From assembly GCA_041498975.1 (NCBI GenBank), contig JBGQJI010000081.1:1-11141 (forward strand): a stretch of 11,141 bases of DNA, read 5' to 3'. This DNA is from Candidatus Methylomirabilis sp. (GTDB taxonomy: Bacteria; Methylomirabilota; Methylomirabilia; Methylomirabilales; Methylomirabilaceae). Numbering within the stretch: position 1 is the first letter of the stretch; each line of letters opens with the position of its first letter. A model generated the notes under the pieces. The model did not search any database, was not told the DNA's origin, and saw only the letters and a list, made by a program, of their open reading frames with translations. Below are positions 1 through 7,400 of this stretch, piece by piece. The position numbers and the translations under genes were made by a program.

Positions 1-16
1 CAGCGACTTCCTGTAG
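1..16 (+). CDS. Probable 3' end of the upstream gene, likely ftsA (…S-D-F-L-stop)
   Basis: Frame 2 reads AGC GAC TTC CTG TAG (stop 14-16). This acidic/aromatic end fits the FtsA C-terminal amphipathic helix, and ftsA usually lies directly upstream of ftsZ. Only 4 codons are visible. Confidence 0.45.
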
Positions 17-106
17 TTCGTCGTTCATAGTTCAGAGTGCGAGAAATCGGGCTGACAGCTTCGATCGCTTCTGTCTATGAACTTCGCTGTCAACTAAGAA
101 CTATGA
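14..106. repeat. Inverted degenerate heptamer repeats and nested stems upstream of ftsZ
   Basis: TAGTTCG/TCGTTCA/TAGTTCA at 14-34 faces CAACTAA/GAACTAT at 91-104. Perfect pairings: TCATAGTTC 25-33 with GAACTATGA 98-106, TGACAGC 53-59 with GCTGTCA 86-92, and an alternative GTTCATAG 23-30 with CTATGAAC 75-82. Confidence 0.6.
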
Positions 107-144
107 CCATGGACCCTTAACATCCTTCACATAAGGAGGCGCAG

Positions 145-1323
145 ATGCCGTTCGAGCTGGAGATCGATGCCGAGCATGTGGCCAAGATCAAGGTGATCGG
201 GGTCGGGGGCGGAGGGTCCAATGCGGTGAGCCGGATGCTGGCGTCGAACTTCACCGGCGTCGAATTCATCGTCATCAACACCGATACTCAGGCCCTGAAG
301 CTGTCGCCGGTTGAGGCCAAGATCCAGATCGGCGCGAACCTCACCAGGGGCCTGGGGGCGGGGGCCAATCCAGAGATCGGGCGGAATGCGGCGATAGAGG
401 ATACCGACAAGATCCTAAATTATCTGGACGGAGCGGATATGGCCTTTATTACGGCCGGCCTGGGAGGAGGGACCGGGACCGGCGCGGCGCCCATCATCGC
501 CAACCTCGCCAAGGAGCTGGGTATTCTGACAGTCGGGGTGGTCACGAGGCCGTTCCAGTTCGAGGGCAAGGTCAGAGAGCTTCACGCAGAGAGGGGGCTT
601 CAGGCGCTGCGCGAGAGCGTCGATACCTTGATCACCATCCCGAACCAGCGGCTACTTCACGTGGTGGAGCGGCATACCCCAATGACCGAAGCCTTCAGGC
701 TTGCCGATGAGGTTCTGCGCCAAGCAGTCCAGGGGGTTGCGGACCTCGTCGTGGTGCCGGGCCTGATCAACCTGGACTTTGCGGATGTCAAGACCATCAT
801 GTCGGAGCGTGGGATCGCCATGATGGGAATCGGGACCGCGTCCGGGGAGAACGCGGCGCAGGAGGCCGCCTCGAGGGCTGTCAACAGTCCCCTTTTGGAG
901 AACGTCGCCATCGATGGCGCAAAGGGCGTCCTGATCAACATCACCGGCGGTTCCTCACTGTCACTCTACGAGGTGAACGAGGCCAGCTCCGCCATCTGCA
1001 AGTCCGCCCATCCGGACGCCAACATCATCTTCGGAGCGGTGATCGACGAATCGCTGGACGACGAAGTTCGCGTGACGGTGATCGCCACCGGGTTCGACGT
1101 CCCCGTCTCCGCGAGAGTCGAAGAGTCCTCAAACATGGTAGAGATGAAGGCCTATGCGGCCAGGGCGGCGGAACGCGGCGCCTTCTTCAGGAAGCGGGGC
1201 GCAGTTGGAAATGAGGCGTCGGATGAACAGCTCAGGCTTCGTGATCCTGAGCAGTTCAGGTCCCACGACATCAGTGAGGACGAACTGGATATTCCGACCT
1301 TTTTGCGGCGACAGGCCGACTAG
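145..1323 (+). CDS. ftsZ: Cell division protein FtsZ (392 aa)
   Basis: [14 protein letters not shown], tubulin signature [20 protein letters not shown] (T7 loop) and C-terminal core peptide [14 protein letters not shown]. Strong RBS TAAGGAGG just upstream. Confidence 0.99.
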   Translation: MPFELEIDAEHVAKIKVIGVGGGGSNAVSRMLASNFTGVEFIVINTDTQALKLSPVEAKIQIGANLTRGLGAGANPEIGRNAAIEDTDKILNYLDGADMAFITAGLGGGTGTGAAPIIANLAKELGILTVGVVTRPFQFEGKVRELHAERGLQALRESVDTLITIPNQRLLHVVERHTPMTEAFRLADEVLRQAVQGVADLVVVPGLINLDFADVKTIMSERGIAMMGIGTASGENAAQEAASRAVNSPLLENVAIDGAKGVLINITGGSSLSLYEVNEASSAICKSAHPDANIIFGAVIDESLDDEVRVTVIATGFDVPVSARVEESSNMVEMKAYAARAAERGAFFRKRGAVGNEASDEQLRLRDPEQFRSHDISEDELDIPTFLRRQAD

Positions 1324-1436
1324 TGCCGTTCCAACTCTTGACGCCAACAAGCTGAGGCTGGGAGAAGCGATCGTTGAGCAACCGCGTGTCAGGGTCCCTG
1401 CCAGCGACTGACCCCCACCGGTTGGAACGGCACGAG
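1320..1436. mobile_element. MITE-like element with terminal inverted repeats overlapping the ftsZ stop codon
   Basis: GTGCCGTTCCAAC (1323-1335) is the exact reverse complement of GTTGGAACGGCAC (1421-1433), extending to 15/16 with the flanks CTAG (1320-1323) and CGAG (1433-1436). The interior is about 85 bp with no transposase. Confidence 0.5.
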
Positions 1437-1479
1437 GGATGAACGGGGGACGCGGGTCGCCACCCGTTCGGAGGAGATG

Positions 1480-1671
1480 ATGGATAAAGGCAGGCGATTC
1501 AGCAAGCTAGTGCGATGGCTGCTTCTTCCGGGCACATCGGGCGGTGCCTGTCCGCACTGCCTAGCACAGATCGGTGGTGTGGAAAATGTCTGTCCGTCCT
1601 GTCGGCGTATCCTGCGGTTCGAAGGGATCGCGGAGCTCAGGGCCCGCAGAAATCAGAATTCCGGGGCGTAG
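1480..1671 (+). CDS. Small zinc-ribbon protein (CPHC-x10-CPSC), 63 aa
   Basis: GGAGG at 1470-1474 lies 5 nt before ATG 1480; ATG 1477 is too close to the RBS. CxxC-x10-CxxC spacing is typical of zinc ribbons. Confidence 0.5.
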   Translation: MDKGRRFSKLVRWLLLPGTSGGACPHCLAQIGGVENVCPSCRRILRFEGIAELRARRNQNSGA

Positions 1672-1689
1672 CGGATCGCGCGGGCAGAG

Positions 1690-1827
1690 CAGCTATCGGC
1701 GGCCAGCTTTCACCACGAACCGGGCGGCGAGAAATATGCCTCAATCCCCTCGGGAACGGTGTGTTTCGGACTTGTTGTGTGTGCCTGACTTGCCGACCAC
1801 TGATCGCTGACGGCTGAACGCTTACGA
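1690..1827. repeat. Degenerate heptamer tandem repeats in inverted arrangement
   Basis: Left arm CAGCTAT/CGGCGGC/CAGCTTT (1690-1710); right arm CCGACCA/CTGATCG/CTGACGG/CTGAACG/CTTACGA (1793-1827). The CAGC and GCTG cores are complementary. Confidence 0.6.
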
Positions 1828-1866
1828 GAAGGAGAGGAGCGTGGACAGCGGGAGGTAACATCGTAA

Positions 1867-2565
1867 TTGGGAGAAGGGATCAAAGAGCGGATTGAACAGG
1901 TCAGGAAACGGATCGCCGAGGCGGCGGCCCGGGTCGGTCGGGATCCAGACGGTGTAGAGCTTGTAGCCGTTACCAAGACCGTGCCGGCCTCCCGAATCCG
2001 GGAGGCGATCGATTCCGGCATCACGTTGCTCGGCGAGAGCCGGGTCCAAGAGGCGGCAGACAAAATCGCCCTTCTGAGTTCGTTTCCTGTCAAGTGGCAC
2101 CTGGTCGGCCACCTACAGACAAATAAGAGCAAGCTTGCCGCCGAGTTGTTCGATCTGATCTATTCCCTCGACTCTCCGAAGCTCGCCGCATCACTGGACA
2201 AGCATGGGGCGGCCCTCGGAAAGCAGGTCCGGGTCCTGGTTGAGGTCAACGTGGGAGGGGAGCCAGAGAAGTCCGGCATCCACGAGGATGAGTTGATGTC
2301 GCTGCTCCGATCCTGCCGTCTCCACGCCCACCTGACCATCGAAGGGCTGATGGCCATCCCGCCTTTTCGCCAGGATCCTGAGGAGATCCGTCCGTTCTTT
2401 CGAAGACTCCGTGCGTTACGAGACCAGACCTCCGCCCTCCGCCCTGACTACCATCTCAGGCACCTTTCGATGGGCATGAGCCATGACTTCGAAGTGGCGA
2501 TCGAAGAGGGAGCAACCCTGGTCCGGATCGGTACGGCGATCTTTGGAGAACGCCCCCAGCCATGA
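1867..2565 (+). CDS. yggS: PLP homeostasis protein, YggS/PROSC family (232 aa)
   Basis: LVAVTKT (PLP lysine), GESRVQE, WHLVGHLQTNK and LSMGMSHDFEVAIEEGATLVRIGTAIFG. TTG start with GGAGG at 1851-1855. The position downstream of ftsZ is common for this family. Confidence 0.97.
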   Translation: MGEGIKERIEQVRKRIAEAAARVGRDPDGVELVAVTKTVPASRIREAIDSGITLLGESRVQEAADKIALLSSFPVKWHLVGHLQTNKSKLAAELFDLIYSLDSPKLAASLDKHGAALGKQVRVLVEVNVGGEPEKSGIHEDELMSLLRSCRLHAHLTIEGLMAIPPFRQDPEEIRPFFRRLRALRDQTSALRPDYHLRHLSMGMSHDFEVAIEEGATLVRIGTAIFGERPQP

Positions 2566-2634
2566 TGGGAAAGACACCTCGACGTGTCGCTTGGTTCACT
2601 CCGCGCCGCCCGTAATCCTGTTTAACTTTTTTGC

Positions 2635-2663
2635 TTGACAGAAATAGAACGTGATTTTATAAT
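2635..2663 (+). promoter_or_regulatory. Consensus sigma70 promoter for the first IclR gene and possibly the downstream cluster
   Basis: TTGACA (2635-2640), 17-bp spacer, TATAAT (2658-2663), with a T-rich UP-like tract upstream (2621-2632). Confidence 0.9.
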
Positions 2664-2783
2664 CCCTCTGCTGTTCTTCCCTCCGTTCCGGCCACTCCAA
2701 ATCTACAGTCATGAAGAGGTAGCTGTGGCGATGCCTTAGCGAGGATCGGCTTCTCTTCTTGCAGGAGGGATTGTGAGGCGTTC

Positions 2784-3587
2784 ATGGAGCATCGGAAGAA
2801 GGAGAAGTCGGAATACATCGTCCAGTCGGTCGATCGAGCACTTGATATACTCGAATCGTTCGATTATCACGAAGAAGAGCAGGGGGTCACAGGGCTCGCG
2901 CACAAGCTGAATCTGCATAAGAACAATGTGTTCCGGCTGCTGGCCACGCTTGAGGTCCGAGGGTATATTGAACAGGACAAGAAGACAGGGAATTATCGCC
3001 TGGGGATCAAGACGTTCGAGATCGCAAACGTCTTCCTTCACCACCTCGGGCTTCGGCGACAGGCCAGGCCGATTCTCGAAGAGCTGGTGAACCGGTGCGA
3101 TGAAACTGCCTATCTCGCCGTTCTGGACGGCTCGGAAGTCATTTACGTCCTTATGCAGGAGACCAGTCAGACCGTCCGGATCGCACCCCGCCTCGGGCGG
3201 CGACTTCCGGTCCACTGCACCGCCGCAGGAAAAGCCCAGTTGGCGTACGAGTCAAGCGACCGATTGGACCAGATCTTCAAAGACAGGCCGATGAGGAAGA
3301 TGACCGAAAATACCGTAATCGACCCCCGGGCATTTCGGGAACATCTGCGCGAGGTCGCAAGGCTCGGGTACGCCGTCGATAACGAGGAATTCGAGTCCGG
3401 GGTGGCGTGCATCGCGGCTCCCGTCAAAGACTATTCTCACAAGGTGGTTGCCAGCGTCGGCCTCTCCGGTCCGGTTTCCCGGTTCTCGCCTGAGCGGATC
3501 GAGAAGGAGTTGGCCCCGCTTGTCAAAGAAGCTGGGGCAAAACTCTCAGAGCGGCTCGGGTACGAGATTGGGATCATGCCGAGTTGA
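2784..3587 (+). CDS. IclR-family transcriptional regulator (267 aa)
   Basis: N-terminal wHTH (VQSVDRALDILE…GVTGLAHKLNLHKNNVFRLLATLEVRGYIEQ…YRLG) and effector domain (PVHCTAAGKAQLA, GYAVDNEEFESGVACIAAPV). Confidence 0.96.
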   Translation: MEHRKKEKSEYIVQSVDRALDILESFDYHEEEQGVTGLAHKLNLHKNNVFRLLATLEVRGYIEQDKKTGNYRLGIKTFEIANVFLHHLGLRRQARPILEELVNRCDETAYLAVLDGSEVIYVLMQETSQTVRIAPRLGRRLPVHCTAAGKAQLAYESSDRLDQIFKDRPMRKMTENTVIDPRAFREHLREVARLGYAVDNEEFESGVACIAAPVKDYSHKVVASVGLSGPVSRFSPERIEKELAPLVKEAGAKLSERLGYEIGIMPS

Positions 3588-3653
3588 ACAGTAGAACGAA
3601 GTTTGATTTTCTTCCCGTTTCGAAATTCGATGGATGTTGAATGGCGGTCTTGC

Positions 3654-3672
3654 CCGGAAGGATGCCTTCCGG
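3654..3672. other. GC-rich hairpin between iclR and the CoA-transferase genes
   Basis: CCGGAAGG-ATG-CCTTCCGG perfect 8-bp stem with no U-tract, so it is not a classical terminator. Confidence 0.45.
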
Positions 3673-3803
3673 TCGGCAGGAGGGGGGTGATCGATAGGTC
3701 AAACCAGCTTTTCTCGGGGTGTCAAAAGGACGTGATGGGGATGTGGCGTGGCATCGCATCGAACGTGTGTGCTTGAACTCGATGAAAGACAGGAGGTTTG
3801 ATC

Positions 3804-5216
3804 ATGGCAGAGCACGCGAAGCCGAATATTCCAGTCCTGCCGTGGCCGGCGGTCGCAACCCCCACTCCCGATGAGGTATACCAGGGGGAGAGCGACCAGA
3901 AAAAGGAGTATGCGCTCTGGCTCGAATCGGCCCTTCGTCAGAGCGAGAATTTCAAGAAGCCAGAGGCCTTGGACCGAATCAGGGTTCTGGATTGCACGAG
4001 CAACATGATCATCGGACACTGGTGCTCCTCGCTCTTCGCGGAGAAGGGTGCCGAGGTGATCATGGTCGAGCCGCCTGGCGGGGACCCGCTGCGCAAGCTG
4101 ACCCCGTTCGGTCGCAAGGAGTATATGTTTAAGGACACTCACGGCGAGGCGGTGGGGGCGCGGTTCCTGGCCGAGGCCCGCAGCAAGCAGTCGGTCACCC
4201 TGAACCTGGAGACACCCGAAGGGCGGGATCTCCTCAAAAAGCTTGCGATGCAGGCTGACGTGATCATCGAGAACGCGCCTCCCGGCGACTGGGACGCCAA
4301 GGGAATCGGCTATCGGCAGCTCTCACAGATCAATCCGCGCTTGGTTTATTGTTGGGTTGGCCAGCTCGGCCAGTGGGGCCCGATGAAGGACAAGCCGGGC
4401 AATCTCGACCCGACGGCGCAGGCCGCGTGCGGCTTCGTCCACGGGACCGGCGCCCCAAAGTCGTTTGGGGGGACGCCTACCCGGTCCGGCTGGTGGATGT
4501 GCGACCAGGTCGGCGGCACCTCGGCCGCAATCGGGATCATGACCGCGCTGCACTACCGGGAGCGGGTCTCTGGGCGAGGTCAGTTCATCGAGGCCACGGC
4601 GGCGAATGGGGTGATCCGGATCCTCGACTACAACTGGGGTTGGTACGGGATGGACGGCAGCATCCGACCCCGCTACGGGAACTGGGACCTGGCGATCAAC
4701 ATCTACGCGGTGAACCCCTGTAAGGACGGTCAGATCATGGTGGGTGGTGGCCACGACCGCCTCTGGTTCCGCATCTGGAAGACGGTCGGCAAGGACCAAC
4801 CAGACCTCGAGCAGCACATCATCGAGGACCCGAAGCTCAAGGTCGTGACCGACCGGCTCCCCCACTACATGCAGGTGGAGACCTACACGACCCTCTCCGA
4901 GTGGTTCAAGGACAACACCCGGTTCGAGGCTGAGACGAAGCTTCAGGCGGAGGAAGTCGCCTCCGGCGGCGTCTCCTTCATGGACGAGGTGTGCGAGACT
5001 CCGCACTACAAATACCGAGGCCACATGGAAGTCATCGACGACCAGAACTACGGGCCAGTGCTGATCGGAAGCTCGGCCTTCATCGGGTATCGGACCCCCG
5101 GCCGGGTCAAGTGGATCGGCAGGCCGACCGGGTTTGACAATGACGATGTGTACCGCCGCCTGCTCGGCCTCACCAAGGCCGATATGGATGGGCTCAAGGG
5201 AAAGGGGGTAATCTAA
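3804..5216 (+). CDS. Family III (CaiB/BaiF/Frc-type) CoA-transferase, subunit A (470 aa)
   Basis: ALDRIRVLD, GAEVIMVEPPGGDPLR, KQSVTLNL, ADVIIEN, GQWGP and the catalytic-position Asp in MCDQVGG (4503-4505). AGGAGG at 3791-3796 favours ATG 3804 over TTG 3798. Confidence 0.93.
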   Translation: MAEHAKPNIPVLPWPAVATPTPDEVYQGESDQKKEYALWLESALRQSENFKKPEALDRIRVLDCTSNMIIGHWCSSLFAEKGAEVIMVEPPGGDPLRKLTPFGRKEYMFKDTHGEAVGARFLAEARSKQSVTLNLETPEGRDLLKKLAMQADVIIENAPPGDWDAKGIGYRQLSQINPRLVYCWVGQLGQWGPMKDKPGNLDPTAQAACGFVHGTGAPKSFGGTPTRSGWWMCDQVGGTSAAIGIMTALHYRERVSGRGQFIEATAANGVIRILDYNWGWYGMDGSIRPRYGNWDLAINIYAVNPCKDGQIMVGGGHDRLWFRIWKTVGKDQPDLEQHIIEDPKLKVVTDRLPHYMQVETYTTLSEWFKDNTRFEAETKLQAEEVASGGVSFMDEVCETPHYKYRGHMEVIDDQNYGPVLIGSSAFIGYRTPGRVKWIGRPTGFDNDDVYRRLLGLTKADMDGLKGKGVI

Positions 5217-6580
5217 TGGCGATGTCGTTCGAAGAGTACTGTCGGGATGTCTTCGACCCGAAAAAGGTCTTCTCCAAGCCGGAGCCACTGAAGGGGTACC
5301 GGTTCCTCTCCATGACGCAGTACATCCTGGGCCCTTCCTGCGCGAACTACCTGGCGGAGTTGGGGGCCGAGGTCATCAAGATCGAGCTTCCCCGGCGCGG
5401 AGAGCCGATGCGCCACACCACCCCCTTCAACGAGCCTCTCCTTTACCCCCTCTCCAAGTGGTTGCCTGACAAGGGGACGGGGCTCGGGTTCTTCGGCGCA
5501 AATCACAACGAGTACTTCCTCTCCGTCGATTTCCATAAGCCCGAGGGGCAGGAGATCGTGAAGATGCTGGCGGCCAAGTCGGACGGGTGTGTGGAGAACT
5601 ACCGCGCCGGGACGTTCGACCGGTGGGGGATCGGCTACCGACAGCTCAGCCAGATTAACCCCCGGATCATCTATCAGTGGCTGGGTGGATTCGGTGGATG
5701 GGGCCCCGGCCGCAAGCGGGCCTCCTACGACATCCTGGGCCAGGCCCAGGGTGGCTGCTTCTCGGTCACCGGGTGGCCGGTCAAGATTCCAGGTTACGAG
5801 GGCAAGTTCCCCATCGGTCTCCCATCCAAGCACACGATCTGGATCATGGACTACTGGGGCGGGATGATGGGTGCTTTCCAGATCCTGGCGGCCCTCTACT
5901 GGCGGGACAATGTCTCGGGCGTCGGCGATTTCTTCGAATACTCCCAGGTCCAAGGGGCGCAGCGCCACCTCTCCGATGCCATCGCCCTATATGGCCGGCA
6001 TGGCCTGGTTCAGCAGCGCTGGGGGAACTGGGACGCGCTGCTGTCCGTGCACGGGATCATCAAGTGCGGCAAGTCGTCCTACCCCGGCTCGCAGTTCCCG
6101 GCGGAGGCCGAGGAAGGCTTCTGCCTGGTCAGCGCCTATACCGATGCCGACTATGCGAAGTTGATGAAGGCGGTCGGCCGCGACGATCTGGCCAAGAAGT
6201 ACCCGACACATGACGACCGGGTGAAGGCCGAGAACCAGCCGGCGATCTATGAGGCGCTCGAGGTCTGGGCCAAGGACAAGACCAAGGAACAGGTCGAGGA
6301 GTTCATGCACAAGAGCGGTATTAACGCCCAGCGGGTGATGAACAGCAAGGAGGTGTCAACCAGCGACCACTTCCTCCAGCGGGGTAACGTGCATTGGATC
6401 GACGACCCGACCTTCGGCGACGTCTTCAGCCAGGGTCCGGTCTTCATGGCGTCGGAGACACCACCACGGCACAAGTGGGCCTTCAAGCCGGTCGGCGCCG
6501 ACAACGAGTATATTCTCTCCAAGCTGTGCGGCTTTTCCAAGTCGAAGATCAAGGAGTTGGAGTCCCAAGACGTTATCTAG
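5216..6580 (+). CDS. Family III CoA-transferase, subunit B (454 aa)
   Basis: PLKGYRFL…LGP…LAELGAEVIKIELP, VENYRAGTFDRWGIGY, SYDILGQA and the catalytic-position Asp in IMDYWGG (5849-5851). The start overlaps the previous stop (TAATG). Confidence 0.94.
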   Translation: MAMSFEEYCRDVFDPKKVFSKPEPLKGYRFLSMTQYILGPSCANYLAELGAEVIKIELPRRGEPMRHTTPFNEPLLYPLSKWLPDKGTGLGFFGANHNEYFLSVDFHKPEGQEIVKMLAAKSDGCVENYRAGTFDRWGIGYRQLSQINPRIIYQWLGGFGGWGPGRKRASYDILGQAQGGCFSVTGWPVKIPGYEGKFPIGLPSKHTIWIMDYWGGMMGAFQILAALYWRDNVSGVGDFFEYSQVQGAQRHLSDAIALYGRHGLVQQRWGNWDALLSVHGIIKCGKSSYPGSQFPAEAEEGFCLVSAYTDADYAKLMKAVGRDDLAKKYPTHDDRVKAENQPAIYEALEVWAKDKTKEQVEEFMHKSGINAQRVMNSKEVSTSDHFLQRGNVHWIDDPTFGDVFSQGPVFMASETPPRHKWAFKPVGADNEYILSKLCGFSKSKIKELESQDVI

Positions 6581-6600
6581 GCTGGAAAGGAGGGGTGTCG

Positions 6601-7008
6601 ATGTCGTTTGCTCACTGTTCTCTGCTGCTGGAGTGTTCCAAGTGCCAGGTGATAAACTACTTGGACCCCTTCACCTTCTGGTTCTTCAAGGGGAAGGTGA
6701 AATGCGCGGGCTGCGACGCGATCTGGGCTATCGAGATGGACAACGGCCAGAGGGTCAGCGGGCCGACCGCGGCCCAGCCGCCGCACGACAAGCTGCCCGG
6801 GTTCGCCCAGACCAAGGATTACAAGAAGGACTGGAGGTCGCCCGATAAGGTGAGTGAGGCCCCCAAGGCGCGACCCGATTTTCAGGGGAAGCCGATCCCC
6901 ATCTACAAGAACGTTCGGGGTAAGCTGGTCAGTGGCGGCCCCCTGAAGCCCGAGGACTTGGTCGGCAGCCGCGCGAAGTTCATTCTCGAGGGCAGGCCCT
7001 ACAAGTAA
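6601..7008 (+). CDS. Hypothetical metal-binding protein (CSKC-x19-CAGC), 135 aa
   Basis: RBS AAAGGAGG at 6586-6593, ATG 20 nt after the CoA-transferase B stop, and GC3-rich codons like its neighbours. The track start at 6394 overlaps the previous gene and is unlikely. Confidence 0.85.
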   Translation: MSFAHCSLLLECSKCQVINYLDPFTFWFFKGKVKCAGCDAIWAIEMDNGQRVSGPTAAQPPHDKLPGFAQTKDYKKDWRSPDKVSEAPKARPDFQGKPIPIYKNVRGKLVSGGPLKPEDLVGSRAKFILEGRPYK

Positions 7009-7029
7009 TCTACCCATGACAAGCGAGAT

Positions 7030-7060
7030 GCCGGGTGCGGGCGCTCCACACCCACCCGGC
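7030..7060. other. Intergenic GC hairpin without U-tract
   Basis: GCCGGGTG (7030-7037) pairs with CACCCGGC (7053-7060). Confidence 0.45.
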
Positions 7061-7095
7061 GAGTCCCCGCAAGCAAGACCGGGGGAGGAGGCTAT

Positions 7096-7257
7096 ATGGC
7101 TGATCAGAAGAAACCGAATTGCCCGATCCATGGGACGCCGGAGTGCTTCGCGCCGGCGCTCGATCCGATTATCGCCAAGGCCTATGAGGGGTATTGCACG
7201 AAGATCGAATGGCCGTATGCGAAGATCATCCCAAAGGGGTGGAAGCCCGGGGCATAG
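7096..7257 (+). CDS. Small Cys/His protein, 53 aa (not in the ORF track)
   Basis: Strong RBS GGAGGAGG (7084-7091) then ATG 7096. Translation: MADQKKPNCPIHGTPECFAPALDPIIAKAYEGYCTKIEWPYAKIIPKGWKPGA, TAG 7255-7257. It lies before a terminator. Confidence 0.75.
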   Translation: MADQKKPNCPIHGTPECFAPALDPIIAKAYEGYCTKIEWPYAKIIPKGWKPGA

Positions 7258-7330
7258 CTTTCCGTCCCGCCGAATAACACCGTCGGCGATCCGGGACGCC
7301 GCCCGCGGTTGACAGGCCCTAGAAGGTACT

Positions 7331-7373
7331 GAAGGCCACGGTCTCGCAGGTCGGGGACCGTGGCCTTCTTTCT
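7331..7373 (+). terminator. Intrinsic terminator
   Basis: 13-bp perfect stem GAAGGCCACGGTC (7331-7343) / GACCGTGGCCTTC (7356-7368) followed by TTTCT. Confidence 0.75.
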
Positions 7374-7400
7374 CGGGCGGCTGTGGCAGGAGCATACGCC

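Noticed and set aside
1793..1827. CRISPR array
   Set aside because: The units are 7-nt tandem repeats without spacers, and there are no cas genes.
2670..2783. Riboswitch or uORF (ATG AAG AGG TAG at 2711-2722) in the iclR1 leader
   Set aside because: No recognisable aptamer consensus or terminator, and the uORF has no RBS.
3743..3758. Sigma54-like TGGC…GC upstream of CoA-transferase A
   Set aside because: The GG-to-GC spacing is 9 rather than the required 10, and there is no TTGC.
4323..5968. Long minus-strand ORFs 4323-5288 and 5213-5968
   Set aside because: They are antisense to the well-supported CoA-transferase genes and have typical shadow-ORF composition.
3804..6580. Naming the pair bbsEF, smtAB or frc
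   Set aside because: Family membership is clear, but the motifs diverge and the diagnostic neighbouring genes are absent, so no symbol is supportable.
7255..7332. Possible TAG read-through (pyrrolysine) of the 53-aa ORF to TGA at 7330-7332
   Set aside because: The 24-codon extension looks non-coding, and no pyl genes or other support are in the window.
6577..7395. 272-aa minus-strand ORF and the 98-aa plus-strand ORF 7016-7312
   Set aside because: Their Arg/Pro-rich translations lack motifs or a good RBS, and they overlap the better-supported 6601 and 7096 ORFs.
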